Positions 46,557-56,189 of a stretch of 64,000 bases of DNA are shown here, one piece after another. Below the pieces are notes generated by a model. That model made no database searches, was not told the DNA's origin, and saw only the letters and a list, made by a program, of their open reading frames with translations. Positions within the stretch are counted from its first letter, which is position 1; each line of letters begins with the position of its first letter. Origin of the DNA: Chloroflexota bacterium. GTDB taxonomy: Bacteria > Chloroflexota > Dehalococcoidia > SM23-28-2 > RBG-16-64-32. A program made the position numbers and the translations under genes. The stretch covers positions 49,787 to 113,786 of the forward strand of contig JAJCYV010000022.1 in NCBI GenBank assembly GCA_029262695.1, in the 5' to 3' direction.

Positions 46557-48929
46557 CTAGGTGGCGATCTCGCGGACGACGGCCGGCAGATCCAGGCGCC
46601 GGACGAAGCGCACAGCCGGTATCTCGGCGAGGAGCAGCACGATCAGTGCGCCGGCAGCGGCGATGCCGTACGTCCGCCCGTAGATGACGACCGGCATGTC
46701 GAAGAGGTCGTTCTGATAGAACTGAGCAAAGTACTGTGCCAGGGCGTAGCCGATAGGCAACCCGGCGACGACGCCGATCACGCCCATCACAACGTTCTCG
46801 ATCGTCAGCATCGATGCCAGCCGGCCGATGCCGGTGCCAAACGTGCGCATCGTCGCCAGCTCCCGCTGTCGCTCCAGCGTGTTGATGGTGATCGTGTTGA
46901 AGATGATGGCAAATCCCAGGGCAACGCCGAAGATGAGCATGACGCCGGTAAATACGAGGAAGAGGCTGTTCAGCTCGTCGAGGTAGTCGCGAATGTCGCT
47001 CGTGAAATCGATGCTGCCGGCCCCATCCAACGCGTAAAGCTGTGACTCCAGCGCGGGCGTCGGATCCCCGGAGAACGACACGAGGAGCGCCGATCCGATC
47101 GGCTGGCCGCCGGTCAGCGCCTGGGCCGTATCCAGCCGCGCGAACACGACGTCGCCCAGCGGCTGCTGCGCGATGCCATCCACCGTGAGCGAGACGGCCT
47201 GTGCGCCGGGCACGACCGCCCGCACGTTCAGACTGTCGCCCTCTTCGACGCCGAGAAGGTTGGCGACGACCGTCGTGATGAGAAGGCCTCCGGCCGGCTC
47301 CAGGCGGTCGCCGCCTGGCGTGTAGACCCTGAGCAGATCGCCGTCGGCTTCCAGCCCCTGTAGCAGGGTCGCGTGCCGCCCGCCGTCAGTCGAAAGCTCA
47401 ACCGGCACCTCCAGGAGAGACTCCGCGTCGCGGACGCGTTCGATGCCGTCGGCCTCGTCGGCAAGCGATGTCGGGAAAGGCGCCACAAAGTTGACGCGCG
47501 CATCGTAGTTCTGGATCCGACCGAACTGCAGGTCGATGGCGCGATCGTAAGAGTCGAGGAAGGAGGCGGCAACGAGCACCAGCGAGACGCCGGCGGCCAT
47601 GCCGAAGGCGGTGTAGAACGTGCGGCTGGGTGCTCGCCAGATGTTGCGCAGGGGCAGCTTGACGACGCCTGGGAGACGCTTGAGCGGCGGTAGCAGCTTC
47701 TCGATCAGCATGTGACGGCCCGCCGGGGGCGCCGGAGGCCGCATAGCCTCAGCCGGCCGGACGCCGGCCGAAAGCCAGGCCGGGATGGCAGCGGCGATCA
47801 GAGACGCCGTCAGTCCGGCGGCAAAGCCTATGGCGAGAACGCCGAAGTTGGCCTGCGTCGAGATGAACGGCACCGTGAGGAAGCTCCCGTACGCCTGCGT
47901 CAGGAGCGTCGCGATCGCATAACCGAGGGCGACGCCGGCTGACGCCGCGACGATGCCGATGACCAGACCGTAACCCAGGTAGTGGCGGAGCACCTGGCCG
48001 CGCGAGTAGCCCATCGCCCGCATGACGCCGATCTGGCCGCGCTGGCTCTGGACCAGCCGGTTCAACAGCGTGTAGATCGCAAGCGAGGACACGACCAGGA
48101 AGAGGATGGGGAAGACCACCGCCAGGCTCTCGAAACCGTCGAGGTCGAGCTGCAGCAACTGGTTCGAGAGCTGGGTGTCGCGATCATGTACCGCGCCGAG
48201 GCCATACGGCTCCAGAAACGCGGACATCTCGAGAGAGATCGCCTGCGCGTCAACGCTGGGATCGAGGCGGAGTGACAGCGAGTTGATGCGTTCATCAAGG
48301 CCCAGCGCGGGTGCCAGCTCTTCATACGGTACGAACATGACACCGAAGCTGGACGGCGGCGTGAAGAGATCGCGCTCGCTGCGGGCGACGAAGAGGTACT
48401 CGGGGCTGACGGCGTGACCCACGACCGTCAGCTCGATCACCGCGCCGTCCGTCGACTGCAGCCGGACGGCATCGCCCACTGGTACGTCGTTGAAGTCGGC
48501 GAAACCCTGCTCCAGGAGCACCTGTCCCGGCCCCGTGAAGTAGTCGCCGCGCGTGACCTTGACGTCGTTGACGGCCGGGCGATCGTCTCCCGGCAAAGTG
48601 CTGAGACGGGCCTGGATCGGCCCTTCGCCAATGGCGGGGACGGTGACCGGAAGATCGACGACGAGGCGGCCATCAGCCGCTATGACACCTTCGACCGCGC
48701 GGGCGTCCGAAGCAACCGCCGCGGGCGCGTCCGCGACGTCGAACCAGAGGTCGCCCATGTCCAGCTCCTCGTAGGTCCTGTCGTACGAGGAGCGCAGGTT
48801 CACGAACGAGCCGTAGGAGCCGATGAAGATGGCGACACCGAGGGCGATGACGACGGCCACGGCAACGAACTGCCAGCGCGAGCGCCGGATGTCCCGGAAG
48901 ATCTTGAGTGTAGAGCGCGATATCCTCAC
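46557..48929 (-). CDS. ABC transporter permease with two FtsX domains (MacB/YtrF-like)
   Basis: 790 aa with two repeats, each one TM helix, a large extracytoplasmic domain, then three TM helices. FtsX-type motifs are present. Confidence 0.8.
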   Translation of the reverse strand: MRISRSTLKIFRDIRRSRWQFVAVAVVIALGVAIFIGSYGSFVNLRSSYDRTYEELDMGDLWFDVADAPAAVASDARAVEGVIAADGRLVVDLPVTVPAIGEGPIQARLSTLPGDDRPAVNDVKVTRGDYFTGPGQVLLEQGFADFNDVPVGDAVRLQSTDGAVIELTVVGHAVSPEYLFVARSERDLFTPPSSFGVMFVPYEELAPALGLDERINSLSLRLDPSVDAQAISLEMSAFLEPYGLGAVHDRDTQLSNQLLQLDLDGFESLAVVFPILFLVVSSLAIYTLLNRLVQSQRGQIGVMRAMGYSRGQVLRHYLGYGLVIGIVAASAGVALGYAIATLLTQAYGSFLTVPFISTQANFGVLAIGFAAGLTASLIAAAIPAWLSAGVRPAEAMRPPAPPAGRHMLIEKLLPPLKRLPGVVKLPLRNIWRAPSRTFYTAFGMAAGVSLVLVAASFLDSYDRAIDLQFGRIQNYDARVNFVAPFPTSLADEADGIERVRDAESLLEVPVELSTDGGRHATLLQGLEADGDLLRVYTPGGDRLEPAGGLLITTVVANLLGVEEGDSLNVRAVVPGAQAVSLTVDGIAQQPLGDVVFARLDTAQALTGGQPIGSALLVSFSGDPTPALESQLYALDGAGSIDFTSDIRDYLDELNSLFLVFTGVMLIFGVALGFAIIFNTITINTLERQRELATMRTFGTGIGRLASMLTIENVVMGVIGVVAGLPIGYALAQYFAQFYQNDLFDMPVVIYGRTYGIAAAGALIVLLLAEIPAVRFVRRLDLPAVVREIAT

Positions 48930-49678
48930 CAGTTGATCTCCTCGGGCTCGGCAGGCGTCTCGTTGACCGTGATGGAGGCGACGCGCCCGTCCCTGAGCCG
49001 GACGACCCGGTCGGCCATCTCGCCGATGACTGAGTTGTGAGTAACCAGGATGAACGTCTTGTCACGTTTCCGTCCCAGCTCGCGCATGACGCCGAGCACT
49101 TTCTTGCCCGTCTCTTCGTCGAGGTTCCCCGTCGGCTCGTCGCAGAGGACGAGCGGCGGATCGGTGACCAGCGCGCGCGCGACGGCGACGCGCTGCTGCT
49201 CGCCTCCGGAAAGCTCCGAGGGGAAGTGGTCCAGGCGGTCGCCCAGCCCGACCTCCTCCAGAACCGCCCGTGGCTCGCGGTGTTCCTTCAGGAGATCGGA
49301 GGCCAGCTCTACGTTCTCCACGGCGGTGAGCGTGGGGATGAGGTTAAAGAACTGGAAGACGAACCCCACTGAGCGGCGCCGGTACTCCGTCAGCTGACCA
49401 TCAGAGAAGCGCCCGATGTCGCTGCCGCCAACGACGATACGGCCTTCGCTCGGCGTGTCGATGCCGCCGAGCAGGTTGAGGAGGGTTGTCTTGCCTGAGC
49501 CGGAGGGGCCGAGGACGACGATAAACTCGCCGCGATAGACGTCCAGGCTTGCGCCGTCGAGCGCGCGAAGCTCCGTGGCTCCGGCGCCGTAGATCTTCGA
49601 GACTCCCTCAAGCCGCACCAGCACTTTCCTTCCAGCGGCAAGCGCCGGGCCCTCGGGAGATGCGGCGAGATCGGTCAT
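48926..49678 (-). CDS. ABC transporter ATP-binding protein (MacB/LolD-type)
   Basis: Walker A GPSGSGKTTLLNLLGG, the LSGGEQQRVAVARAL signature, and Walker B LVLCDEPTGNLD. Confidence 0.9.
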   Translation of the reverse strand: MTDLAASPEGPALAAGRKVLVRLEGVSKIYGAGATELRALDGASLDVYRGEFIVVLGPSGSGKTTLLNLLGGIDTPSEGRIVVGGSDIGRFSDGQLTEYRRRSVGFVFQFFNLIPTLTAVENVELASDLLKEHREPRAVLEEVGLGDRLDHFPSELSGGEQQRVAVARALVTDPPLVLCDEPTGNLDEETGKKVLGVMRELGRKRDKTFILVTHNSVIGEMADRVVRLRDGRVASITVNETPAEPEEINW

Positions 49679-50289
49679 GATGGCACTCCTTCGTTGCGTG
49701 TTGCGATGAGGCCGGCAAGCACAGCGGACACGCCGTGTCTCCAGACCGCGGCGATGTCAACGCCCTCCGGGTCCATCGCCTTCATGACGAACAACCCCTC
49801 GAACATCCCCATCAGGGCGGTCGCCACACCGTCCGGTTCTATCTCACCGATGAGGCCCTGGCGCTGAGCGTCGGACAAAAGCGCCGAGATGTGGCCGCGG
49901 GAAGCAGCGTAGAGGTTGGCGACGCGGCCTCGCATCTGCTCGTCGCGCGCCGCGTGAGACAGCATCTCCACAGCACCGCGGCTTAGCGGCAGGAGGTCCC
50001 CCGCGGACGCGAAGGCGGCCTCAGCGTCTCGCGAGAGCGCCTCCAGGGGGTCGGACTCGCGGCTGATCGCCTCCCATCGCTGAAGCAGTTGCGCCGACCA
50101 GACCTCGAAGAGTCCGATAAGGATATCGCGCTTGCCCGCAAAGTGGTGATAGATGGCGCCCTTGGAGAGGCCGGTATGGGCCGCGATGTCGTCGATGGAC
50201 GTCTCGTGGTAGCCGTGCTCCGCGAAGCAGACCATAGCGGCAGCCAGGACCTGGGCGCGGCGGGTTTCTGCGGAAGCGTGTTTGGCCAT
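49675..50289 (-). CDS. TetR-family transcriptional regulator
   Basis: N-terminal HTH FAEHGYHETSIDDIAAHTGLSKGAIYHHFAGK. Confidence 0.85.
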   Translation of the reverse strand: MAKHASAETRRAQVLAAAMVCFAEHGYHETSIDDIAAHTGLSKGAIYHHFAGKRDILIGLFEVWSAQLLQRWEAISRESDPLEALSRDAEAAFASAGDLLPLSRGAVEMLSHAARDEQMRGRVANLYAASRGHISALLSDAQRQGLIGEIEPDGVATALMGMFEGLFVMKAMDPEGVDIAAVWRHGVSAVLAGLIATRNEGVPS

Positions 50290-50295
50290 CGAACT

Positions 50296-50354
50296 GTAGT
50301 AAAACCGACTGACAAGTCTTTTTTACTACAACGCACTTCCGACTGTCAAGTCGG
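50296..50354. promoter_or_regulatory. Two operator-like palindromes directly upstream of the TetR start: GTAGTAAAA-N14-TTTTACTAC (50296-50329) and CCGACTGTCAAGTCGG (50339-50354)
   Basis: Perfect inverted repeats read from the sequence. The first begins 7 bp from the TetR start codon. Confidence 0.5.
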
Positions 50355-50370
50355 TTTACAGTGAAGCGCC

Positions 50371-52041
50371 TCAGTCCTTCGCCGGCGCGACCCCGCGACT
50401 TGCCTCCCACGGGTCCCAGTCCGGCCCCCCGCCGGTCAGCTTCGACGGGTCGCCGTAGACGCGCCCCTCCCTCACCTCCCGGGCGAGGTTGCGGCCAAGG
50501 ATCTCGCTCGCGCAGCCAACGCCGCCGCTCATGACGCCGCCGATGCCGTGAGCGTAGACCGTACTGGCGCCGGCCAGGTACAGGCCCTCGATCTCGGTCT
50601 TCGGCGGCGGGCGCGAAGGCCCGAACTGGTCGGTGGCGATCTCAAGGCCGTATGAAGTGCCGCCGGTCGAGAAGGTGAAGTGCTCCTGGCTGATCGGAGT
50701 CGCCGCCTCCTTCCAGACGATGTGCTCCTTCAGCCCCGGGATAACCTGCTCCGCTCCGTCGATCAGAGCGTCGGTGAGGCGCTGCTTCACGGCCTGATAC
50801 TTCTCGTTCTTGTGGTATTTCTCACCCGCCGCCGGCCCCTTCTCGAGGCCCCACATCTCGTAGCCGGCGGGCACGAGCGTCATGATCTCGATGCTCGAAC
50901 ATCCCTTCGGCGCGATCGCTTCGGTTTCCGGGTCCTTGACGGAAGCGGCCGTGATGAGCACGAGCAGCTCGTCGGGAATGCGGCCTTCGTAGCAGTCCTG
51001 GTACAAGCCTTCGATGTCGTAAGTGCTGTAGACCCAGAAGTTCGTGTTCGGGATCTTGTCGCGCAGGTCCATGTCCAGCCCGAGATAGACGCAGAAGAGA
51101 GGCAGCGCCATCCGGTATTTCTTGACGCTGGCGATCGTCTGCGCGCTGAAGTGCTCCTCGCCAATCATCTCGAGGAACGTGCGCTTGAGGTCGGCGTTCG
51201 ACACGACAATGGGCGCCTCAATGGCCTCGCCCTTCTGAGTGACGACTCCCGTCACGCGCCCGTCCTCGACTACGATGCGCTCGACGCCCGCGCGGGTGCG
51301 GACCTCGCCGCCGTGCGAGCGGATCACGTCAACGAGGTGGGCGGGCAGCACCTGTCCGCCGCCCTTCGGATAGTAGCCACCGTCCTTCAGGTAGTGGTCG
51401 ATCAGAACCGCGTGCATGAGGATCGGCGCGCGCGAGGGTGGTGCGGCGTAGTCACCGGACTCGGCGGCGAGGATTGCGCGCGCCTTCTGCCCCAGGTGGC
51501 AGTCGTCGAACAGCTCGGCCAGCGACCGCATCCCCCACTTCATGAACGTCGGCGCCTCCTCCATCATCCGCGGCACGTCCTCCGGCGCGACCGGCATCTG
51601 CACCTTGCCGAACTCAGCGGCAACGCCCTGCAGCACGTCGAGACAGCGGTGAATCCCCGTTTCGTCGTCAGGAAGGGCCTCGACCAGGCGCTCCCGATAG
51701 CGGTCCCACCCCTTCGGCACCTTGAACGTGAGGCCGGGGAACATCAGCGTGTCGAAGCCGTCGGGATCCATCTCCAGGAACTCGATCTTGCCTTCCAGCC
51801 CGACGCCGCGCAGGATCGTCGGTATTCCACCATCGGGTCCGCAGTCGCCGAGGTAGTGGACGCCGACGTCGAACTCGAACTTCTGCTGGCGGCGGAACAC
51901 GTGAGCATTGCCACCGGCCACGTAGTGCTTCTCAAGGACGAGCGTCCGCAGGCCGTTGGTCGCCAGGTACGCGGCGGTCGTCAGTCCGCCCATCCCAGAG
52001 CCGACGACGATCGCGTCCCAGTCTCTTTCTGTAGTTGTCAC
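50371..52041 (-). CDS. FAD/NAD(P)-dependent oxidoreductase, phytoene-desaturase (CrtI)-like
   Basis: N-terminal WDAIVVGSGMGGLTTAAYLATNGLRTLVLEKHYVAGG dinucleotide-binding motif. 556 aa with an amine-oxidase-like fold. Confidence 0.7.
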   Translation of the reverse strand: MTTTERDWDAIVVGSGMGGLTTAAYLATNGLRTLVLEKHYVAGGNAHVFRRQQKFEFDVGVHYLGDCGPDGGIPTILRGVGLEGKIEFLEMDPDGFDTLMFPGLTFKVPKGWDRYRERLVEALPDDETGIHRCLDVLQGVAAEFGKVQMPVAPEDVPRMMEEAPTFMKWGMRSLAELFDDCHLGQKARAILAAESGDYAAPPSRAPILMHAVLIDHYLKDGGYYPKGGGQVLPAHLVDVIRSHGGEVRTRAGVERIVVEDGRVTGVVTQKGEAIEAPIVVSNADLKRTFLEMIGEEHFSAQTIASVKKYRMALPLFCVYLGLDMDLRDKIPNTNFWVYSTYDIEGLYQDCYEGRIPDELLVLITAASVKDPETEAIAPKGCSSIEIMTLVPAGYEMWGLEKGPAAGEKYHKNEKYQAVKQRLTDALIDGAEQVIPGLKEHIVWKEAATPISQEHFTFSTGGTSYGLEIATDQFGPSRPPPKTEIEGLYLAGASTVYAHGIGGVMSGGVGCASEILGRNLAREVREGRVYGDPSKLTGGGPDWDPWEASRGVAPAKD

Positions 52042-52212
52042 GATTCCTCCAGACTAGTCTGGTCAGCCGTGGTTCGCATTATCGAGGTCGCCACGTCCGA
52101 TACGATACACCGAATTGTTGAGTCCATCTGTTAGCTGCCGAAGATTGCGCGCTGATTCTGGCTCCCGCCGCCCTTCGCCGTCTTGCCGGTGGCGTACGTG
52201 TGGGGTCCGCGG

Positions 52213-52752
52213 CTAGTCTTCCCTGGCCAGGATGCCGACGGCTCCCAGGAGGCCCAGCCCCGATAAGCCTAGCGGAGCAAGCGGTGGGACTCCCCCCTCA
52301 TCCTCGTCTTCGTCCTCATCACCGTCACCCTCATCTTCGTCTTCGTCTTCGTCCTCGTCTTCGTCCTTGTCTTCGTCCTTGTCTTCGTCCTCGTCTTCGT
52401 CCTCGTCCAGAACCGAGACGTTCTCAACGGAGAGGGGCGCTTCGCTGGCGTCCGCCTCGCCTCCGGCGTGCAGAAACACTCCAACGGGCCCGGATATTGA
52501 GAGCAGAAGGAGTCCGATCGCCAGCGTTCTGAGCATGGTCCGGGAACGCACCACCAGACCGGCCAGGCACAGGGCCGCGCCAATCCCGGCGGCGATGACC
52601 CCGATCACCTGTGTCCCTTCGCTATGATCCGTCGAAAGCAGCTCGGCGAAGGTGACAGCGAAACCGCCGGCGGCGACAACCAGCACCAGCTCTGGCAAGT
52701 GCGAACGGATGAGGGACTGGCTGCGCTCGACCGCATCTGGTTTCGTGGCCAT
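52213..52752 (-). CDS. Membrane protein with a ~35-residue poly-Asp/Glu tract (hypothetical)
   Basis: Several hydrophobic helices, then DEDEDEDEDKDEDKDEDEDEDEDEDEGDGDEDEDEDEG and a C-terminal hydrophobic segment. Confidence 0.4.
   Translation of the reverse strand: MATKPDAVERSQSLIRSHLPELVLVVAAGGFAVTFAELLSTDHSEGTQVIGVIAAGIGAALCLAGLVVRSRTMLRTLAIGLLLLSISGPVGVFLHAGGEADASEAPLSVENVSVLDEDEDEDEDKDEDKDEDEDEDEDEDEGDGDEDEDEDEGGVPPLAPLGLSGLGLLGAVGILARED
52299..52410. repeat. Tandem GTCTTC/GTCCTC hexanucleotide repeats encoding the poly-acidic tract
   Basis: ...gtcttcgtcctcgtcttcgtccttgtcttcgtccttgtcttcgtcctc... read directly from the sequence. Confidence 0.7.
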
Positions 52753-52781
52753 ATCGGACTTCCCCTCTCAGCGACCGGCGC

Positions 52782-53903
52782 TCAGCGCTTGAGGACCATC
52801 ACGTTGACGCCGCCGATGCCCGCGTTGTGGAGCAACGCCGTCTTCGCGTCGGGCACCTGCCGCTGGCCGGCGTCGCCGCGCAGTTGCAGCGCGAGTTCCG
52901 TGATCATCGCCCCGCCGGTCGCGCCGATCGGGTGGCCGCGGGAGAGCAGGCCGCCGTCCGTGTTGATGGGAATCCGGCCACCGATCTCCGTGTTCCCCTC
53001 CCAGATGAACGGGCCGCCCTCGCCTTCGGGGCAGAAGCCCAGCTCCTCGGCCAGGAAGACTTCGCCGGGGCTGAACGCATCGTGGATCTGGCAGACGTCG
53101 ACGTCCTCCGGGCCCAGGCCGCCGGCCTCGTAGGCCTTCTGCGCGAGGACGGCGTTTGGCCCCTCCGCCTGCTCGGCCTCACCCCTGTGATACTCGGGCG
53201 TGCCGCCGACCCACGTGTCGAGGAAGACCGGCGCGTTCGTGTGCTTACGCGCCACCGCTTCCGAGGCGAGGATGACGGCGGACGCACCGTCGGTCGTCGG
53301 CGAGCACTCATAGAGGGTGATCGGGTCGGCGATCATGCGCGACGTGAGCACGTCCTCCAGGCTGATCGCCTTCTGGTACTGCGCGTTCGGGTTCAGGGCG
53401 CCGTTGCGGTGCGCCTTCTCGGAGACTTTCGCGAAGTGCTCGTGCTTCGTCCCATGGAGGTGCATGTGCCTCTGCGCCCACATGGCGTAGATCGCCGGCA
53501 TCAGGTTGATGCCCATCGCATCGTTGTAGCCGAACTCCTTGCCGCCAACGCCCGACAGGAGGCCCCGCTCCATCTTCTCCACTCCGATCACCATCACGAC
53601 GTCATAGAGACCGTTCGCGATCGCGTCCGCGCTGAGCATCGCGGCGCGGGAGGAGCTGGCACAGGCGAGCTCGATGTTGGTGACGGGGATGCCGGTCATA
53701 CCCAGCTGCCCGAACGTGCGAAGCCCGGCGCCCACGCCCTGGTTGACGTGCGCGCAGAAGCCCGCCTGGACGTCCTTGTACTCGACGCCTGCGTCCTTGA
53801 GCGCCGCCAATCCGGCAACGCGCGCCATCTCGCCGATGCTCTTGTCGGGGTGCCGGCCGAACGGGTGTAGGCCAACTCCGAGAACAACTACGCGACTGCT
53901 CAC
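52782..53903 (-). CDS. Thiolase-like lipid-transfer protein (SCP-x type thiolase)
   Basis: Active-site Cys context NIELACASSSRAAMLSADAIA near the N-terminus and a C-terminal GHPIGATGGAM block. 373 aa. Confidence 0.75.
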   Translation of the reverse strand: MSSRVVVLGVGLHPFGRHPDKSIGEMARVAGLAALKDAGVEYKDVQAGFCAHVNQGVGAGLRTFGQLGMTGIPVTNIELACASSSRAAMLSADAIANGLYDVVMVIGVEKMERGLLSGVGGKEFGYNDAMGINLMPAIYAMWAQRHMHLHGTKHEHFAKVSEKAHRNGALNPNAQYQKAISLEDVLTSRMIADPITLYECSPTTDGASAVILASEAVARKHTNAPVFLDTWVGGTPEYHRGEAEQAEGPNAVLAQKAYEAGGLGPEDVDVCQIHDAFSPGEVFLAEELGFCPEGEGGPFIWEGNTEIGGRIPINTDGGLLSRGHPIGATGGAMITELALQLRGDAGQRQVPDAKTALLHNAGIGGVNVMVLKR

Positions 53904-54343
53904 GCGGCACCTCCCTTTAGCGGCCTGAACTTGAACGCCATGACGTCGTTGCCTTCCGCATCGGACATCGCCTTCTCGATTACGATCTCCAGCTCCATGC
54001 CGATCTGCACGCTCTCCGGGTCGACGTCATCGAGGACGGTCGGGATGATGACTCCTTCCGGCAGCTGGACCTGAGCGATGACGTACGGCGCCTTGACGAA
54101 CGCGCCGGGCAACGCCATGCGGGCTATCGTGAACGTATGGAGCGCGCCGCAGCGGCTCAGGGCGACGCGGTCGAGCCCTTCGTGGTAGCAGCTGAGGCAG
54201 ACCGTCCGCGGCGGGTAGAACGTGTCGCCGCAGTCCGGGCAGCGGCACCCTTCCAGCGCCTCCTCTCCCTCACCGAGGCGCAGGGACGCGCCCTTGATGG
54301 CAACGCGTTGAGCCGGCTTCTCGACAGATGACTCAGTACTCAC
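53900..54343 (-). CDS. DUF35 OB-fold/Zn-ribbon protein (partner of SCP-x thiolases)
   Basis: CRCPDCGDTFYPPRTVCLSC Zn-ribbon followed by an OB-fold. It overlaps the thiolase gene by 4 bp. Confidence 0.75.
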   Translation of the reverse strand: MSTESSVEKPAQRVAIKGASLRLGEGEEALEGCRCPDCGDTFYPPRTVCLSCYHEGLDRVALSRCGALHTFTIARMALPGAFVKAPYVIAQVQLPEGVIIPTVLDDVDPESVQIGMELEIVIEKAMSDAEGNDVMAFKFRPLKGGAA

Positions 54344-54358
54344 GATGCTTCCTTCCGG

Positions 54359-55213
54359 CTAGCCTGCCTTGTTTCCTGTGGCGGCATCGATAGTAATCCA
54401 TTCGCCGCGGCCGGTACTGAAGCCGCCCGGGTCGATCTCAGCACGGATCGCGTTCAGCTCCTCTTCTGAGGGCACTCGCATCGATTCCAGCTTATCGGCG
54501 ACCAGCGGCTCGAACCCCATCTTCTCCAGCACTTCCTCCTTGGTCGTCCACGGCGCCAGAGCGATCAGGCGCATCTGCCGGCTGTCTTCGTCGAAATCGA
54601 ACGTGGCCTCGGCCGTAACTACGCGCCAGGGCCCCGTACCTGACGGCATCCCGGCGCGCTCGCGCGCTCCCGGCGTGCCATCGAGGTAGCCCGGCGACGA
54701 GACGAAGTCCACCTTCTCAACGAACTTGCGCTTCTGGAGCTTCGTCATGATAATCGTCCGCCAGCACTGGGAGGCGATCTCGGTGGCGCCGCCCGGGCCG
54801 CCGAAGCGGCGCTCCGGCTGATCGAACGTGCCACCGATGTGCGTGGAGTTGAAGTTGCCGAAGCGGTCGATCTGGAGCGCGGCCAGAAGGCCGTAGTCCA
54901 TGAACCCGAGCGCGGCGTGCGCGTCGACGACGTTCATACCGGTCCACTGGACGGCCCGGTAGTGCGAGCGGCTGGCGCCGAGCATCATTCGCGGCAGCGG
55001 AAAGGAGGGGTCCGGGGACACGGCGCCCTCCTCGACGACGTAGCCGACGCCGGGTGTGTGAAGGCGCTTCGCGAGGAGAAGCGCCATCAAGGGCGCGCCC
55101 GCCATCTGCACGAAGTAGAGCTTGTCCTCCTCGATGATGTGCGCGATGTGGCAGATCGTCGCCTCGATGTCGGTGAGGCTGAGAGTGGCCCGGTCCGCCT
55201 CGGATTCAGTCAT
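54359..55213 (-). CDS. CoA-transferase subunit B (3-oxoacid / glutaconate CoA-transferase family)
   Basis: 284 aa from the MTESEADRA Met at 55213. Track ORF 54359..55453 is over-extended. It has the glutamate-containing region typical of B subunits. Confidence 0.7.
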   Translation of the reverse strand: MTESEADRATLSLTDIEATICHIAHIIEEDKLYFVQMAGAPLMALLLAKRLHTPGVGYVVEEGAVSPDPSFPLPRMMLGASRSHYRAVQWTGMNVVDAHAALGFMDYGLLAALQIDRFGNFNSTHIGGTFDQPERRFGGPGGATEIASQCWRTIIMTKLQKRKFVEKVDFVSSPGYLDGTPGARERAGMPSGTGPWRVVTAEATFDFDEDSRQMRLIALAPWTTKEEVLEKMGFEPLVADKLESMRVPSEEELNAIRAEIDPGGFSTGRGEWITIDAATGNKAG

Positions 55214-56189
55214 AGTAACCCTCCGTGACCGTCTCCCCTTCGCGGAGTTGCGCCAGCTTCTGCTCTCCCAGCCGCTCGTCCAGCAGCTCCTGGTGGGAGG
55301 CGAGGCTGTGCACCCAGTGATCCAGGTATTCGTCGGTCTTGCCCTGGGCCTGCGCGGCGGCGAACGTAAGCCAGTGCTCGATATCAGCGCCGTAGAGGCC
55401 GGGTGTGCTGCCGGGATAGGAGCCGAACGGAGCTTCGACGACCGCATCGACAAGGTAGTACGGGATCGTCGTTCGCTGCGGCTGCTTGCGTATCTCTTCG
55501 TTGTCGATGATCTCTTCCGTTGAGATGATCACTTTCTTAGACGCCATCGCCATCTCGGCGGGCGCGACGCCGGCCCCGAAGACGCGGGCGTTACCGTGGA
55601 CGTCCGCCTGGTGCACGTGGATCAACGCTACGTCCGGGTTGAGCGCCGGGACGACGCAGAGAGGCATGCCCGTGTAGGGGTCCTCCGTGAGGCGCGCGCC
55701 GGACTGCTCGAACGTGTCGGTGCCGCCCATGTAGCGCATCGGCAGGTAGGGCACACCCAGGGAGCCGGCGAGCAGCCGGTAGGCGAGCGCGCCGTTCGTC
55801 CACTCGATCAGCTTCACGCTGCCGTCCTTCACGGCCTTGTTGAGGAGGGCCCCGGACTCCATCCAGCCAACGTCCACCTTGCTGACGCAACCGCCCGCAA
55901 TGAGAAGGCTGACATCGGTCCAGGTGAACTTCGCCGCCACCCAGAGGTCCTTCTTGTGCTGGCGGATGATCTCGCGGTAGAGCGAAGTCGGGCCCCTGAC
56001 TGCGATGTTCTGGTCGTACGCAAGGTAGTCACCGTCGCTTACGAAGCGCGACACCGCCTCCTTCTCACTGACGACCTTGTTGACGGGCCTGCGGTCCTTG
56101 TTCTGGCGGACGTACTCCCGGAAGCCATCCGGGTCCGGCGGCAGGAAGTCGCCCTTTCCGGCGGCGGTGACCTGCAGTGTCTGCGTCAT
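55206..56189 (-). CDS. CoA-transferase subunit A
   Basis: 327 aa with family I CoA-transferase A-subunit organisation (VSDGDYLAYDQNIAVRGP...). It lies immediately upstream of subunit B. Confidence 0.65.
   Translation of the reverse strand: MTQTLQVTAAGKGDFLPPDPDGFREYVRQNKDRRPVNKVVSEKEAVSRFVSDGDYLAYDQNIAVRGPTSLYREIIRQHKKDLWVAAKFTWTDVSLLIAGGCVSKVDVGWMESGALLNKAVKDGSVKLIEWTNGALAYRLLAGSLGVPYLPMRYMGGTDTFEQSGARLTEDPYTGMPLCVVPALNPDVALIHVHQADVHGNARVFGAGVAPAEMAMASKKVIISTEEIIDNEEIRKQPQRTTIPYYLVDAVVEAPFGSYPGSTPGLYGADIEHWLTFAAAQAQGKTDEYLDHWVHSLASHQELLDERLGEQKLAQLREGETVTEGYYD

Noticed and set aside
54359-55453. Track ORF 54359..55453 (364 aa) as full-length CoA-transferase B
   Set aside because: The first 80 residues (Ser/Pro/Arg-rich) overlap the 3' end of the subunit A gene. 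Homology begins at the MTESEADRA Met at 55213.
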